Positions 48,114 to 58,342 are shown, numbered from the stretch's first letter. The stretch: 64,000 nucleotides of DNA from Anaerolineales bacterium (GCA_049644685.1 JBARSJ010000116.1:5622-69621); one strand, 5' to 3'. Made by a program: numbers and translations. Notes: generated by a model not told the origin, from the letters alone.

Positions 48114-48238
48114 GAGAGGAACGGTATTCAGTAAGTAGTGGTCAGTAAGTAGAAAAAAGTTTAATCAGGAGAATAATAGAAAGGATTAGATTTATCTAGA
48201 TGAGTATCCATCAAATAATCTGACCTGAGACAATACCT

Positions 48239-48275
48239 AAGGCTGCAAATATACCCCAAATTGCAGCCTTAGTTT
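48239..48275 (+). terminator. possible leuS terminator
   Basis: AAGGCTGCAA - 12-nt loop - TTGCAGCCTT followed by AGTTTG, a weak U-tract. Confidence 0.4.
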
Positions 48276-48408
48276 GCGTATAGCCAATAGAATATAGCCT
48301 GATCTCAGGCTTAGGCGCGGGCGGGGAAGGGAGTAAATGCGGTATACTACATGCGGAAACTGATTGATCGATTTTGTTGATAAAGAGGCCTGAAAAAGGA
48401 GCTTATCC

Positions 48409-48798
48409 ATGGCAACAAAAAAAGAAATTGTAACAGCTGAAAAGACTCCCCGGGCAATTGGTCCCTATTCTGCTGCTGTCAAAGCTGGAGATCTGATCTT
48501 CACCGCAGGACAACTGGGAATTGATCCTGAAAGCGGCGAATTTGTTCCCGGCGGCATTGAGGCTGAAACCCGCCAGGCGCTGCTTAATCTCCAGGCTGTG
48601 CTTGAAGCAGCCGGATCTTCACTGAAATCAGTTGTTAAAACCACCGTATTTTTACGAGATATGAATGACTTCGGGGTCATGAATGTGATCTATGGAGAAT
48701 TTTTCACCGAGGATTACCCAGCCAGGTCTGCTGTCCAGGCTGCCCGGCTCCCCAAAGATGGGGCAGTAGAGATAGAAGCTGTTGCCTTACTGGAATGA
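48409..48798 (+). CDS. ridA: RidA/YjgF-family reactive-intermediate deaminase
   Basis: PRAIGPYS.AVKAGDLIFTAGQLGIDP..GE...GGIEAETRQAL.NL.AVLEAAG, PARSAVQAARLPKDGAVEIEAVA. Confidence 0.9.
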   Translation: MATKKEIVTAEKTPRAIGPYSAAVKAGDLIFTAGQLGIDPESGEFVPGGIEAETRQALLNLQAVLEAAGSSLKSVVKTTVFLRDMNDFGVMNVIYGEFFTEDYPARSAVQAARLPKDGAVEIEAVALLE

Positions 48799-48843
48799 TT
48801 AATCACTATCCAATAATTGTGGAAAGTAGAAAGATTTTCGCCT

Positions 48844-49530
48844 ATGACCGGTGAACTCCTGCTTTTGGTTGATGACGAACCGAATATCATTGAACTCGCT
48901 CAGATTTATCTGGAACGTGAGGGCTTTCGAACTGTTTCGGCAGCCGATGGTAAATCGGCTCTGGAGGCTGTAGAGCAGCACCATCCGGATCTTGTTGTAT
49001 TAGATGTAATGCTGCCGGAATTGGATGGTTTGGAAGTATGCCGCAGGCTGCGGCAGAAAGAAGATCCGGTCTCCATCCTGATGCTCACTGCACGGGATGA
49101 GGATATCGATAAAATCCTGGGGTTGGAATTGGGCGCTGATGATTATCTTACCAAGCCTTTTAATCCCAGGGAGCTGGTCGCCCGTGTGAAGGCCATTCTG
49201 CGCAGAAGCAAAGCGGACTCACCCCCGGTTGAGAATACACCTGTCCAGCTAGGAGACCTACATATCGATCCCCTGCGGCGGGAAATTTTGATTAATGGGA
49301 ATCCTGTTGAAGTCAGAACACAGGAATTTGATTTGCTTCTCACTCTTGCCAGGCATCCCGGCATTGTCCTTAGCCGGAATCAGCTGTTGGATTTGGCCTG
49401 GGGTTATGATTATTACGGCAATACCCGGACAGTTGATGTTCATATCGGCCACTTAAGGAAAAAAATCCAGGACTCCGGGGTAAAAATTGAAACATTTACC
49501 GGAGTTGGCTATAAATTGGTTGTCAAATGA
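48844..49530 (+). CDS. OmpR-family response regulator
   Basis: ATG at 48844. LLLVDDEPNI...DLVVLDVMLPELDG receiver domain. Winged-helix LTxxEFDLLLTLARHPG...RTVDVHIGHLRKKI. Confidence 0.92.
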   Translation: MTGELLLLVDDEPNIIELAQIYLEREGFRTVSAADGKSALEAVEQHHPDLVVLDVMLPELDGLEVCRRLRQKEDPVSILMLTARDEDIDKILGLELGADDYLTKPFNPRELVARVKAILRRSKADSPPVENTPVQLGDLHIDPLRREILINGNPVEVRTQEFDLLLTLARHPGIVLSRNQLLDLAWGYDYYGNTRTVDVHIGHLRKKIQDSGVKIETFTGVGYKLVVK

Positions 49531-49598
49531 AATTAGCCCTTTTCCTCCGCCAGGCAGGATTACCGTTGTTAATCTAGATAAGGTATAAGTCCTGATCC

Positions 49599-51041
49599 AT
49601 GTTTAATTCGCTTCGAGCTCGTCTCTGGTTGACCTATGCCATTATCATTCTTTTAATATTAAGCATCCTGGGTTTGGGGTTATTAATTTACGTCATCCGT
49701 AATCCGATTATTGACCGGCAGGCAATCCAGAGATTGGACATTGCTTTAACTTTTATCCAGCGCCAGTTGAATGACCGTAACCTTTCATCAAGGCAGAACC
49801 AGGAATATTTTGATCGCCTGAGTGAATCACTCACCATCCGGCTCTTGCTGTATAACCCAGAAAGAAGACTGCTCCTCGATACAAAACCTGAAGAATCTTC
49901 CATTATGTGGTCAGATAGGGACCAGAAATCACCAACCCAGGGAAGGATCAATGACCTGGATGGAAATACCTGGCTGTATGTCTCCTGGTTAACTCCAGGC
50001 GGAGATACCCTGCTGCTTGCCGCACCGCGCCAGGGGGGAATTCAGCTGTTAAAAAGTCCTCTACTCAGACAAATCTTAAAGGATGATTTTTTGCCGCCAT
50101 TCTTCAGAGCAGGGTTGGTAGCCTTTGTGCTGGCGATCATCTTTGCCGCCTGGATGGGCAGTTGGATTACAGCTCCCCTGAAGGAAATTGAGGTCGCCTC
50201 AGAAGCTGTTGCTGCCGGGGAATTCCGCCAAATTTCTCTCCAGGGTCCTGATGAGGTAAAAACACTGGCAGGATCCTACAACGAAATGGTCAACCGGGTT
50301 CAAACTACCCAGCAGTCCCAGCGGGATTTTGTCGCTAATGTGTCGCATGAACTTAAGACGCCACTAACCTCAATCCAGGGTTTTTCCCAGGCGATCCTGG
50401 ATGGCACTGTTGATTCTGAGCGTTCTCTTCAGAAAGCAGCTGGGATCATCAATACAGAAGCAGACCGAATGTACCGCTTGGTGATAGATCTGCTCGATCT
50501 GACCCGATTTGATGCTGGAACAATTATCCTCGATAGACGTGCGCTGGATCTGAACAAAATACTCAGCGGGGTTGTGGATCAGCTGATACCGCAAGCCGCA
50601 GTAGCCAGGGTTCACCTTTCCCTGGATGTAGAACCCATGCCAACCTGTGTCGGGGATGAAGACCGGCTGGCGCAGGTATTTACCAATCTGGTTGACAACG
50701 CGATCAAAAATACACCAGCGGAAGAAATCGTTCACATTAATGCCTGGAATGAGGAAGAGTTTGCCCGGATTCAAATCCGTGACAGCGGGGAAGGGATCGA
50801 GGAAGAACATCTCACTAGGATATTTGAACGATTTTATAAAATCGATAAATCGAGGAAAAAAGATGGGGAGGTGGGAACAGGATTGGGCTTAGCGATTGCA
50901 AACCAAATAGCTCAAGCTCACGGTGGAAGGATTATTGTAAAAAGCACGGTGGGAGTAGGATCAGTTTTTGAAGTAATCTTACCTGTGGTTAAACCCGATG
51001 ATTCTACAGTTTCTATCAAGCGAGAGGAGCCGGAGCTATAA
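49599..51041 (+). CDS. sensor histidine kinase (2 TM, HAMP, HisKA, HATPase_c)
   Basis: H-box FVANVSHELKTPLTSI, N-box LVDNAIKNTP, G-boxes RDSGEGI and GTGLGLAIA. The stop codon overlaps the next ATG (TAATG). Confidence 0.92.
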   Translation: MFNSLRARLWLTYAIIILLILSILGLGLLIYVIRNPIIDRQAIQRLDIALTFIQRQLNDRNLSSRQNQEYFDRLSESLTIRLLLYNPERRLLLDTKPEESSIMWSDRDQKSPTQGRINDLDGNTWLYVSWLTPGGDTLLLAAPRQGGIQLLKSPLLRQILKDDFLPPFFRAGLVAFVLAIIFAAWMGSWITAPLKEIEVASEAVAAGEFRQISLQGPDEVKTLAGSYNEMVNRVQTTQQSQRDFVANVSHELKTPLTSIQGFSQAILDGTVDSERSLQKAAGIINTEADRMYRLVIDLLDLTRFDAGTIILDRRALDLNKILSGVVDQLIPQAAVARVHLSLDVEPMPTCVGDEDRLAQVFTNLVDNAIKNTPAEEIVHINAWNEEEFARIQIRDSGEGIEEEHLTRIFERFYKIDKSRKKDGEVGTGLGLAIANQIAQAHGGRIIVKSTVGVGSVFEVILPVVKPDDSTVSIKREEPEL

Positions 51042-52051
51042 TGACGGTTTCTGTGATCATTCCCTGTTATAACGAAGAGGACTCAATAACTGACCTGCTG
51101 GTTGCGATCTATGAACAATCCTTTCCCAGAGATGAAATTGAAGTAATCATTTCGGATGGAATATCTACCGATGCTACTAGGGAGAAAATAGCCGATTTCG
51201 GGAATGAATTTCCGGATCTTAAACTCAAGGTAATCGATAACCGGAAGAAAACCATTCCCTCCGGGCTGAACCAGGCTATTCAGGCTGCGAGTGGAGAATA
51301 TATCATTCGCCTGGATGCCCATTCTAATCCCCATCCGGATTACATTGCCCGCAGCGTAAGAGCGCTTGAGGATGGATTGGGCGATAATATCGGGGGAGTG
51401 ATTTCAATCCAGGCTGCCAACGAAGGTTGGATCTCACAATCGATTGCCATTGCTGCCGGGCTTCCCTTGGGAGTCGGTGATGCCAGGTACCGGATTGGTT
51501 CTGAACCGGGAGAAGTGGAAACAGTTGCCTTTGGAGCCTTCCGCCCGGAATTAATTGATCGGATTGGTTTTTTTGATGAAACCCTGTTGGCGAATGAAGA
51601 TTATGAGTTTAATGTCCGGATCCGCAAAGCTGGAGGAAAGATCTGGCTGGATCCGGCAATTCAGGCTAATTATATTTCCCGTTCGACACTCAGGGAACTG
51701 TCTGCTCAATATTGGCGGTATGGGTACTGGAAATTGAGAATGCTACTGCGGTATCCGGAGACATTCCGCTGGCGGCAGATTTCCGGGTTATTTGTTCTTT
51801 CCTGGCTTGTATTGGGCTCCCTCTCAATTTGGTTTCCCGCTGCCCGTTGGTTGTTGGCAGCGGAAGCTGCTGTCTACGGGGGCGCATTGATTCTGGCGGG
51901 AATTGGGGTTGGCACAGATAAAAAGAGCCTTTTATTGGGACTGGGTGTACCTCTGGCGATTGCCACGATGCATTTTTCCTGGGGTTCTGGTTTTTTGTGG
52001 AGCCTGTTAGTGAATTCTTTTGATAAAATATTCAGGAAAGAACCAGATTAA
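51041..52051 (+). CDS. family 2 glycosyltransferase with C-terminal TM helices
   Basis: VSVIIPCYNEE...ISDGISTD...RLDAHS...NEDYEF. Confidence 0.85.
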   Translation: MTVSVIIPCYNEEDSITDLLVAIYEQSFPRDEIEVIISDGISTDATREKIADFGNEFPDLKLKVIDNRKKTIPSGLNQAIQAASGEYIIRLDAHSNPHPDYIARSVRALEDGLGDNIGGVISIQAANEGWISQSIAIAAGLPLGVGDARYRIGSEPGEVETVAFGAFRPELIDRIGFFDETLLANEDYEFNVRIRKAGGKIWLDPAIQANYISRSTLRELSAQYWRYGYWKLRMLLRYPETFRWRQISGLFVLSWLVLGSLSIWFPAARWLLAAEAAVYGGALILAGIGVGTDKKSLLLGLGVPLAIATMHFSWGSGFLWSLLVNSFDKIFRKEPD

Positions 52052-52069
52052 TAACTAGAGATAAAATTT

Positions 52070-53497
52070 ATGGATTCATCGTATGACGCTCAAAAAGAAC
52101 ATCGCTGGCGTTTCCGCTTTGTAGAGCGCCGGGTCATGCTCCTCTATGGTGACATAATTGCGGAAATCCTGGCCCTGGTTGCGGCTTTAATTTTTTGGAG
52201 CAGCCAGGTTGAGTTTCTGGGTTTTTCGATCCCATTTATTCTGGAGCGCGTCCCTGGATGGTTCTTCTTTTTGCCGCTAATCTGGCTTTTCTTATTAATT
52301 GAGATCTATGACCTTCGAAAAGCAAGCAGCTGGAATCATACCTTACAAAGTGTGGGAACAGCGGCTGTAATCGGTTCGATCCTCTACCTGGGTGTTTACT
52401 TTACCTCACCCCCGGAATCCCTGCCGCGATTCGGGGTGGCAGCCTTTATCCTCAGCTCAGTAGTATTTACCCTGATCTGGCGGTTTTTTTACATCAAGGT
52501 TCTGACCTCCGCCCAATTTATGCGCAGGGTACTTCTGGTGGGAGGAGGGGTATCCGGCAAGATTCTGCTTCAGTCCATTAATGCCCTGGACCCCAAACCA
52601 TATTTTGTGATCGGTGTCATTGATGATGATTCCGCTAAACTTGGTCAGGAAATCGAAGGGTACAAGGTTCTTGGCAGCGGTAGAGATCTGTTGGATGTAA
52701 TCCAGTCAGAACGGATATCTGACATCATCGTTGCCATTAGCGGAGGTATTAATGGAGAAACGTTTCAGACGCTGCTTGACGCGCAGGAGCTTGGAGTTGA
52801 TATTATCCGGATGCCGGTAGCATATGAAGATCTCAATCAGCAGGTACCGATCAGGATCCTGGAAGCTGATTGGATTCTGCGCTCGTTTGTGGATGATACT
52901 GGTGTCAGCGGTTTATATAATGTTGGAAAACGAATAATGGATTTTATTGGAGGTTTAATCGGAGTAGGTATTTATCTGCTGCTGCTTCCCCTGGTGACCG
53001 CCCTGATTTTCCTCGATGATGGACTGCCGATCTTTTACCGGCAGGAAAGGTTGGGTCAGAGCGCCAAACCGTATAAAATAATCAAATTCCGAACCATGGT
53101 AAAAGATGCAGAAATGGAAGGTCAAGCACAGTGGGCAAGTGAAAACGATCAGCGGGTGACCAAAGTTGGCCGATTCCTGAGAAGAACACACCTCGATGAG
53201 TTTCCCCAATTTATTAATGTCCTGAAAGGGGAAATGAGCCTTGTTGGACCGAGGTCGGAGAGGCCCAGTTTGGTAAATAAACTTCAGGAAGACGTGCCGT
53301 TTTATCGGGCAAGACTGCTGGTTAAACCCGGGGTGACAGGGTGGGCGCAGATTAACTATGGTTATCCGGAGACAATTGACGAGACTATAAATAAACTGGA
53401 ATACGATTTGTATTACATCAAAAACCGGACAATACTTCTAGATTTGCGAATCATCTTGGCGACGCCGGCAACTGTTTTTGGTTTAAAAGGAAAATAA
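52070..53497 (+). CDS. polyprenyl glycosylphosphotransferase (WbaP/EpsB-type initiating sugar transferase)
   Basis: N-terminal TM helices plus a Rossmann-like linker. C-terminal PIFYRQERLGQ..KPYKIIKFRTM, DELPQF.NVLKGEMSLVGPR, PGVTGWAQI. Confidence 0.9.
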   Translation: MDSSYDAQKEHRWRFRFVERRVMLLYGDIIAEILALVAALIFWSSQVEFLGFSIPFILERVPGWFFFLPLIWLFLLIEIYDLRKASSWNHTLQSVGTAAVIGSILYLGVYFTSPPESLPRFGVAAFILSSVVFTLIWRFFYIKVLTSAQFMRRVLLVGGGVSGKILLQSINALDPKPYFVIGVIDDDSAKLGQEIEGYKVLGSGRDLLDVIQSERISDIIVAISGGINGETFQTLLDAQELGVDIIRMPVAYEDLNQQVPIRILEADWILRSFVDDTGVSGLYNVGKRIMDFIGGLIGVGIYLLLLPLVTALIFLDDGLPIFYRQERLGQSAKPYKIIKFRTMVKDAEMEGQAQWASENDQRVTKVGRFLRRTHLDEFPQFINVLKGEMSLVGPRSERPSLVNKLQEDVPFYRARLLVKPGVTGWAQINYGYPETIDETINKLEYDLYYIKNRTILLDLRIILATPATVFGLKGK

Positions 53498-53501
53498 GCG
53501 A

Positions 53502-54443
53502 ATGGGTAAATGTCTGGTTACCGGGGGCGCAGGTTTTATCGGGTCCCATATTGTTGAAGGATTGTTGGAGCGCGGAGATGAGGTCCGTGTTTTGGATAAT
53601 TTCTCCACCGGTAAAGAGGAAAACCTGAAGGATTTCCGGGGTGAAATTGATTTGATTAAAGGAGACCTCCGCGAACAAGCAGACCTGCTCAAAGCCATTC
53701 AGGATATCGAATATATTTTTCACCAGGCAGCTTTTGTATCCGTACCGCTTTCAATGAAGGATCCAGAGGAGTGTTTTGAGGTCAATGTAAACGGGACAAT
53801 CAAATTATTATCAGCTGCCAAAGAATCTGGCGTAAAACGGGTTGTTTTAGCTTCCAGTGCGGCAGTTTATGGTGATAACCCCGCGGTTCCTTTAGCTGAA
53901 AGTGCCCAATTGGATCCATTATCTCCTTATGCGGCTTCAAAAAGAGTGGGAGAAATCTACACTAAAATTTATTCAGATTTGCTAAACCTGGATGTTGTGG
54001 CGCTGCGATACTTCAATGTCTATGGCCCCAGACAAAACCCGCAATCTGATTATGCTGCAGTCATTCCAATATTCATCAAGAAGATTCTGGCAGGAGAGAA
54101 ACCTGTTATTTATGGAGATGGAGGGCAGAGCAGGGATTTTATCTATATCGATGATGTTGTGCGGGCGAATTTATTAGCTGCGGAATCCATCCCGGCAGCA
54201 GGCCGGGTGGTAAATATTTGCTCTGGGACAGAAATCAATCTCCTGCAGTTAGTGGAAAATTTATCAATAATATTTAACAGAGAAGTTCAACCCAGTTTTG
54301 AGAGTGCGCGGCCTGGCGACATTTACCGTTCCTCCGGTGACCCCGCTCTTGCCAGGGAAATATTGGAATTTTTGCCGCGGATGGATCTGGAAACAGGATT
54401 GAGGAAAACTGTCTCCTGGATGGAAAGCATTTCCCACGAATAA
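53502..54443 (+). CDS. NAD-dependent nucleotide-sugar epimerase (SDR, GalE/WbpP-like)
   Basis: VTGGAGFIGSH, YAASK catalytic dyad, RYFNVYGPRQ. Confidence 0.9.
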   Translation: MGKCLVTGGAGFIGSHIVEGLLERGDEVRVLDNFSTGKEENLKDFRGEIDLIKGDLREQADLLKAIQDIEYIFHQAAFVSVPLSMKDPEECFEVNVNGTIKLLSAAKESGVKRVVLASSAAVYGDNPAVPLAESAQLDPLSPYAASKRVGEIYTKIYSDLLNLDVVALRYFNVYGPRQNPQSDYAAVIPIFIKKILAGEKPVIYGDGGQSRDFIYIDDVVRANLLAAESIPAAGRVVNICSGTEINLLQLVENLSIIFNREVQPSFESARPGDIYRSSGDPALAREILEFLPRMDLETGLRKTVSWMESISHE

Positions 54444-54481
54444 ATCTATTCTATATCCGGAATTTAGAAAACAGGAAGCTT

Positions 54482-55489
54482 ATGCCAGGCAGAACCATTC
54501 AGGAATGGAAATCATTCATAGAAAAATGCCCTGATGCGCATGTTCTTCAGAGTACAGCATGGGGTGAATTAAAATCAAAATTTGGCTGGGATACCAGCTG
54601 GATCATTGCCGGAACAGTGGGCGCCCAGGTATTATTTCAAGCGCTTCCTTTTGGTTTTCATATTGCCTATATTCCCCGGGGACCGGTATCCACAACCGGT
54701 ACCTTAATAGGATCCCCCGATTGGGATGAATTCCAGGGAAAATTGCATGGGCTCTGCCGGGAAAAGAGAACGGTGTTTTTAAAGATAGAACCTGATCTTT
54801 GGGAAGGAGAACCAACTGCTGATTGTTCTCCACTTCCAGGGTACAGGACAAGTTCCCACAGCATACAACCTCCCAGGACTATTGTGATCAGCCTGCAGGA
54901 ATCCGAAGAGGAGATTCTTGCCAGAATGAAGTCAAAAACCCGCTATAATATCCGCCTGGCGGAGAAAAAAGAGGTATCTGTCCGGCAGCTCGAGCAAATT
55001 GAGCCTTTTTACAAACTATTGGAAAATACTTCTGACCGCTCAGAATTCGGAATCCACACCCTGGAGTATTACCGGGAAGCATTTATTCTTTTTGACTCAA
55101 CCAGAGAGTGTAAATTATTCCAGGCTGAATTCCAGGGAGAACCGCTGGCGAGCATAATGGTATTTATCCGCGGGAACCGGAGCTGGTATTTTTACGGAGC
55201 CTCTTCCAATAAACACCGGGATCGCATGCCAACCTATCTTGTGCAGTGGGAAGCGATGCGCTGGGCTAAAAGCCAGGGCTGCTTGAGCTATGATCTTTGG
55301 GGCGTACCTGATGAAAGAGAGAGCACCCTGGAAGATCATTTTATGGAGAGGCACGATGGTCTTTGGGGCATTTACCGATTTAAACGGGGGTTTGGCGGCG
55401 ATCTGAAGAGGACTTGTGGTCCCTGGGATAAAGTGTTTTATCCTGGCCTGTACTCGCTTTACTTGCTGCGGTCGCGGATTATGAGCTGA
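54482..55489 (+). CDS. FemAB-family aminoacyl-tRNA-dependent peptidyltransferase homologue, copy 1
   Basis: HVLQSTAWGELKSKFGW, ILARMKSKTRYNIRLAEKK, YFYGASSNKHRDRMPTYLVQWEAMRWAK..G...YDLWG, YRFKRGFGG. Confidence 0.85.
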   Translation: MPGRTIQEWKSFIEKCPDAHVLQSTAWGELKSKFGWDTSWIIAGTVGAQVLFQALPFGFHIAYIPRGPVSTTGTLIGSPDWDEFQGKLHGLCREKRTVFLKIEPDLWEGEPTADCSPLPGYRTSSHSIQPPRTIVISLQESEEEILARMKSKTRYNIRLAEKKEVSVRQLEQIEPFYKLLENTSDRSEFGIHTLEYYREAFILFDSTRECKLFQAEFQGEPLASIMVFIRGNRSWYFYGASSNKHRDRMPTYLVQWEAMRWAKSQGCLSYDLWGVPDERESTLEDHFMERHDGLWGIYRFKRGFGGDLKRTCGPWDKVFYPGLYSLYLLRSRIMS

Positions 55490-55525
55490 AATAGTCTGAA
55501 CCTGGAATAAAGAGAAATCAACTCC

Positions 55526-56689
55526 ATGACTGGATATAACTGGAATAAAATTCTAAACTCGCTGCCTGAGGCTCATTTGCTGCAATCAGCTCAATGGGCT
55601 GAGGTAAAAGGGCAATTTGGCTGGCAGCCGTTTTTCCTGGTCTGGCAGGGGCATGGCGGCGATCTGGAATTGATCGTGAGCACAGATGGTGAGCTCAAGA
55701 TAAAAAACCCGGCCGCTGCCGCTTTGGTCTTGGAAAGAAAGGCTTTCCGCGGACTTTCAGTCATCTATGTGCCAAAGGGACCGATCCTGCGTGATTGGTC
55801 AGATAAAAACCTCCGCCAGAGAGTTATTGCTGATTTGCAGGAATTTGCTCAAAGAGCGGGAGCGATCCAGATCAAGATTGATCCTGATCTGATGGTCGGC
55901 AGGGGAGTTCCCGGGGAGGAAGATGCGGAAGCTGATCCCCTGGGTATTGAAATTACACAGGGATTGACCGAAGGTGGTTGGCGATTTTCATCCGACCAAA
56001 TTCAATTCCGCAATACCTTTTTGATCGATCTGCACCCGGAGGAAGACGACATATTAAGCCGCATGAAATCTAAAACACGCTATAACATCAGATTGGCATC
56101 CCGAAAAGGGATAACGATCCGCTATGGTGATCCAACTGAACTGGGGAATTTATATAAAATGTACGCAGAAACCTCATTAAGAGGAGGTTTCACGATCAGG
56201 GGAGAGGAGTATTACCAATATCTCTGGCAGGCATTTATGAAGGAAAGCCTGAATGCGGATATTGACCCCGAAGCCCAACCGATTATTGCTGAATTTGAAG
56301 GTAAGCCTGTTGCGGGAGCGGTGATGTTTCGATTTGGCGGCAGGGCCTGGTATCTTCACGGCATGTCCCTGCCGGAGCACAGCGACAAGATGGCAACCTA
56401 TTTAATTCAATGGGAAGGAATGCGCTGGGCCAAAGAAAATGGCTGTATAACCTATGATATGTGGGGCGCTCCAGATCAATTTGACCCATCGGATTCCATG
56501 TGGGGAGTATACAGATTCAAAAGAGGGTTTGGAGGAGAGGTGGTCAGGACCATCGGCGCCTGGGATTATCCAGTCAAACCTCTGGTTTACAAGCTATATA
56601 CTCGTTTACTGCCGATGGTGTTAAATGCTTTGCGCAAGATTGGTGACAGTAAAACTGAAAGTATCGCTGCAGAAGGTCAGAATTTATAA
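55526..56689 (+). CDS. FemAB-family aminoacyl-tRNA-dependent peptidyltransferase homologue, copy 2
   Basis: HLLQSAQWAEVKGQFGW, ILSRMKSKTRYNIRLASRKG, WYLHGMSLPEHSDKMATYLIQWEGMRWAKENGC.TYDMWG, YRFKRGFGG. Confidence 0.85.
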   Translation: MTGYNWNKILNSLPEAHLLQSAQWAEVKGQFGWQPFFLVWQGHGGDLELIVSTDGELKIKNPAAAALVLERKAFRGLSVIYVPKGPILRDWSDKNLRQRVIADLQEFAQRAGAIQIKIDPDLMVGRGVPGEEDAEADPLGIEITQGLTEGGWRFSSDQIQFRNTFLIDLHPEEDDILSRMKSKTRYNIRLASRKGITIRYGDPTELGNLYKMYAETSLRGGFTIRGEEYYQYLWQAFMKESLNADIDPEAQPIIAEFEGKPVAGAVMFRFGGRAWYLHGMSLPEHSDKMATYLIQWEGMRWAKENGCITYDMWGAPDQFDPSDSMWGVYRFKRGFGGEVVRTIGAWDYPVKPLVYKLYTRLLPMVLNALRKIGDSKTESIAAEGQNL

Positions 56690-56729
56690 AACGGTTGACT
56701 TCTGGTTAACCCATATCTAAGGAAGTAAT

Positions 56730-57692
56730 ATGCTGCCCAGAGAACCTTTCGCTCATTTACCCACAAAAATTGAACCCCTTTCCCGATTGACAAAGAACCT
56801 TAATGGACCTGAGCTTTTTATTAAGCGGGATGATCAAACCGGCTTAGCCTTTGGGGGAAACAAAACCAGGAAGCTGGAATACCTCCTGGCGCAAGCTCTA
56901 GCCGAGGGAGCGGATCTGGTATTAACAACAGGGGCGGACCAATCTAATCACTGCCGCCAAACCGCTGCAGCAGCAGCAAGGTGCGGCTTGGGTTGCATCC
57001 TGGTCCTTGTTGAGCCAGCTCCCGAAACAGCCACAGCTAATCTGTTCCTGGATAAGCTGCTGGGTGCTGATCTCATCTGGACAGAAAAAGATAAGCGGGA
57101 TCAGGTTTTGGATGAAGCTTATAAGGAGGCGGCAAGCAGAGGGAAAAAACCATATCTTATTCCCTACGGTGGATCAAATGCTGTAGGTGCCTACGCTTAT
57201 TTTAACGCCATGAAAGAACTGCTGGAGCAGCTGCCGGATGAAATGCCTGACTGGATTGTCTTTGCATCATCATCAGGCGGAACCCAGGCTGGTTTGCTGG
57301 CTGGAGCACAGAATTATTATTTACAAACAAAAATCCTGGGCATCAGTGTAGATGAATCAGAAAGGGCGCTCAAGGATAGAGTCTTCCGCTTAGCCTCCGA
57401 AGTGAGTAATCTTTATGGGGATAAGAAGGATATCAATCCGGATCAAATTTTAATCAATGACGATTTTGTTGGTGGAGGGTATGGGATATTAAATGATCAA
57501 GATCGGGAAGCGATTCATCTTTTTGCCAGGATGGAAGGTATCCTGCTTGACCCGGTCTATACAGGAAGGGCAGGAGCTGGTCTCATCCATCTGATCCGGG
57601 CGGGATATTTTAGTAAAAACGAGCGGGTATTATTCTGGCATACTGGAGGTACTCCCGGGTTATTTGCTGACAAGTATCTGCATGATATTTAA
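56730..57692 (+). CDS. PLP-dependent D-cysteine desulfhydrase / ACC deaminase family protein
   Basis: IKRDDQTGLAFGGNKTRKLEYLL, SNHCRQTAAAA, WHTGGTPGLF. Confidence 0.85.
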   Translation: MLPREPFAHLPTKIEPLSRLTKNLNGPELFIKRDDQTGLAFGGNKTRKLEYLLAQALAEGADLVLTTGADQSNHCRQTAAAAARCGLGCILVLVEPAPETATANLFLDKLLGADLIWTEKDKRDQVLDEAYKEAASRGKKPYLIPYGGSNAVGAYAYFNAMKELLEQLPDEMPDWIVFASSSGGTQAGLLAGAQNYYLQTKILGISVDESERALKDRVFRLASEVSNLYGDKKDINPDQILINDDFVGGGYGILNDQDREAIHLFARMEGILLDPVYTGRAGAGLIHLIRAGYFSKNERVLFWHTGGTPGLFADKYLHDI

Positions 57693-57955
57693 TCCTTTTT
57701 AGATATCCATCAAGATAAAAAACAGGTCAGAATCCTCGTAGCTCAACTCTGAGTTGGTAAGTTTAATTTAACCATTACGAATTGAACTATTACCCTTCAT
57801 TATCTAATAAACAATATGAAATCGGTACTATAAGAAAAACCACTTATGGACTTATCGTTGGTTAATTAATTCAGCTGTTATCTATGGTAAAATTTGCAGT
57901 TGGTACCTTGTTTATTTATTGATTTGGATTGACTTCTTGAGACAGAGGAGCAGGT

Positions 57956-58312
57956 ATGCTTAATTCCTGGCTTTATATTGGTATTTTTCTGGTTGTTGCG
58001 GTGGTTGTCCCCCTGGTTGCGGTTTTACTTCCAGTAATAATTGCTCCTAAAAAACCAAGTGCCCGCAAAGAAGAAGTATATGAGTGCGGCATCGAAACCA
58101 AAGGGAATATCCGGGTCCAGTTTAAATCCCAATACTATATCTACGCTTTGATCTTCCTCGTTTTTGATATTGAAGTAATATTTCTTTTCCCCTGGGCAGT
58201 TTCACTGGATAAACTTCCAATTTTTGCTGTTATTGAAGGTGTAATTTTTATCGCTATTCTCTTTGCCGGCCTGATTTATGCAATGAGAAAAGGGGCCCTG
58301 GCCTGGTGGTAG
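57956..58312 (+). CDS. nuoA: NADH-quinone oxidoreductase subunit A
   Basis: YECGIE..G..RVQF..QYYIYALIFLVFDIEVIFLFPWA. Confidence 0.92.
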   Translation: MLNSWLYIGIFLVVAVVVPLVAVLLPVIIAPKKPSARKEEVYECGIETKGNIRVQFKSQYYIYALIFLVFDIEVIFLFPWAVSLDKLPIFAVIEGVIFIAILFAGLIYAMRKGALAWW

Positions 58313-58342
58313 GCAAACCCCGGAATCCTGCAGGAGATTTTC

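Noticed and set aside
48128-48152. Direct repeat TCAGTAAGTAG-TGG-TCAGTAAGTAG just after the leuS stop.
   Set aside because: A single short duplication rich in stop codons. No further copies were seen in the window and there is no array structure. Probably trivial.
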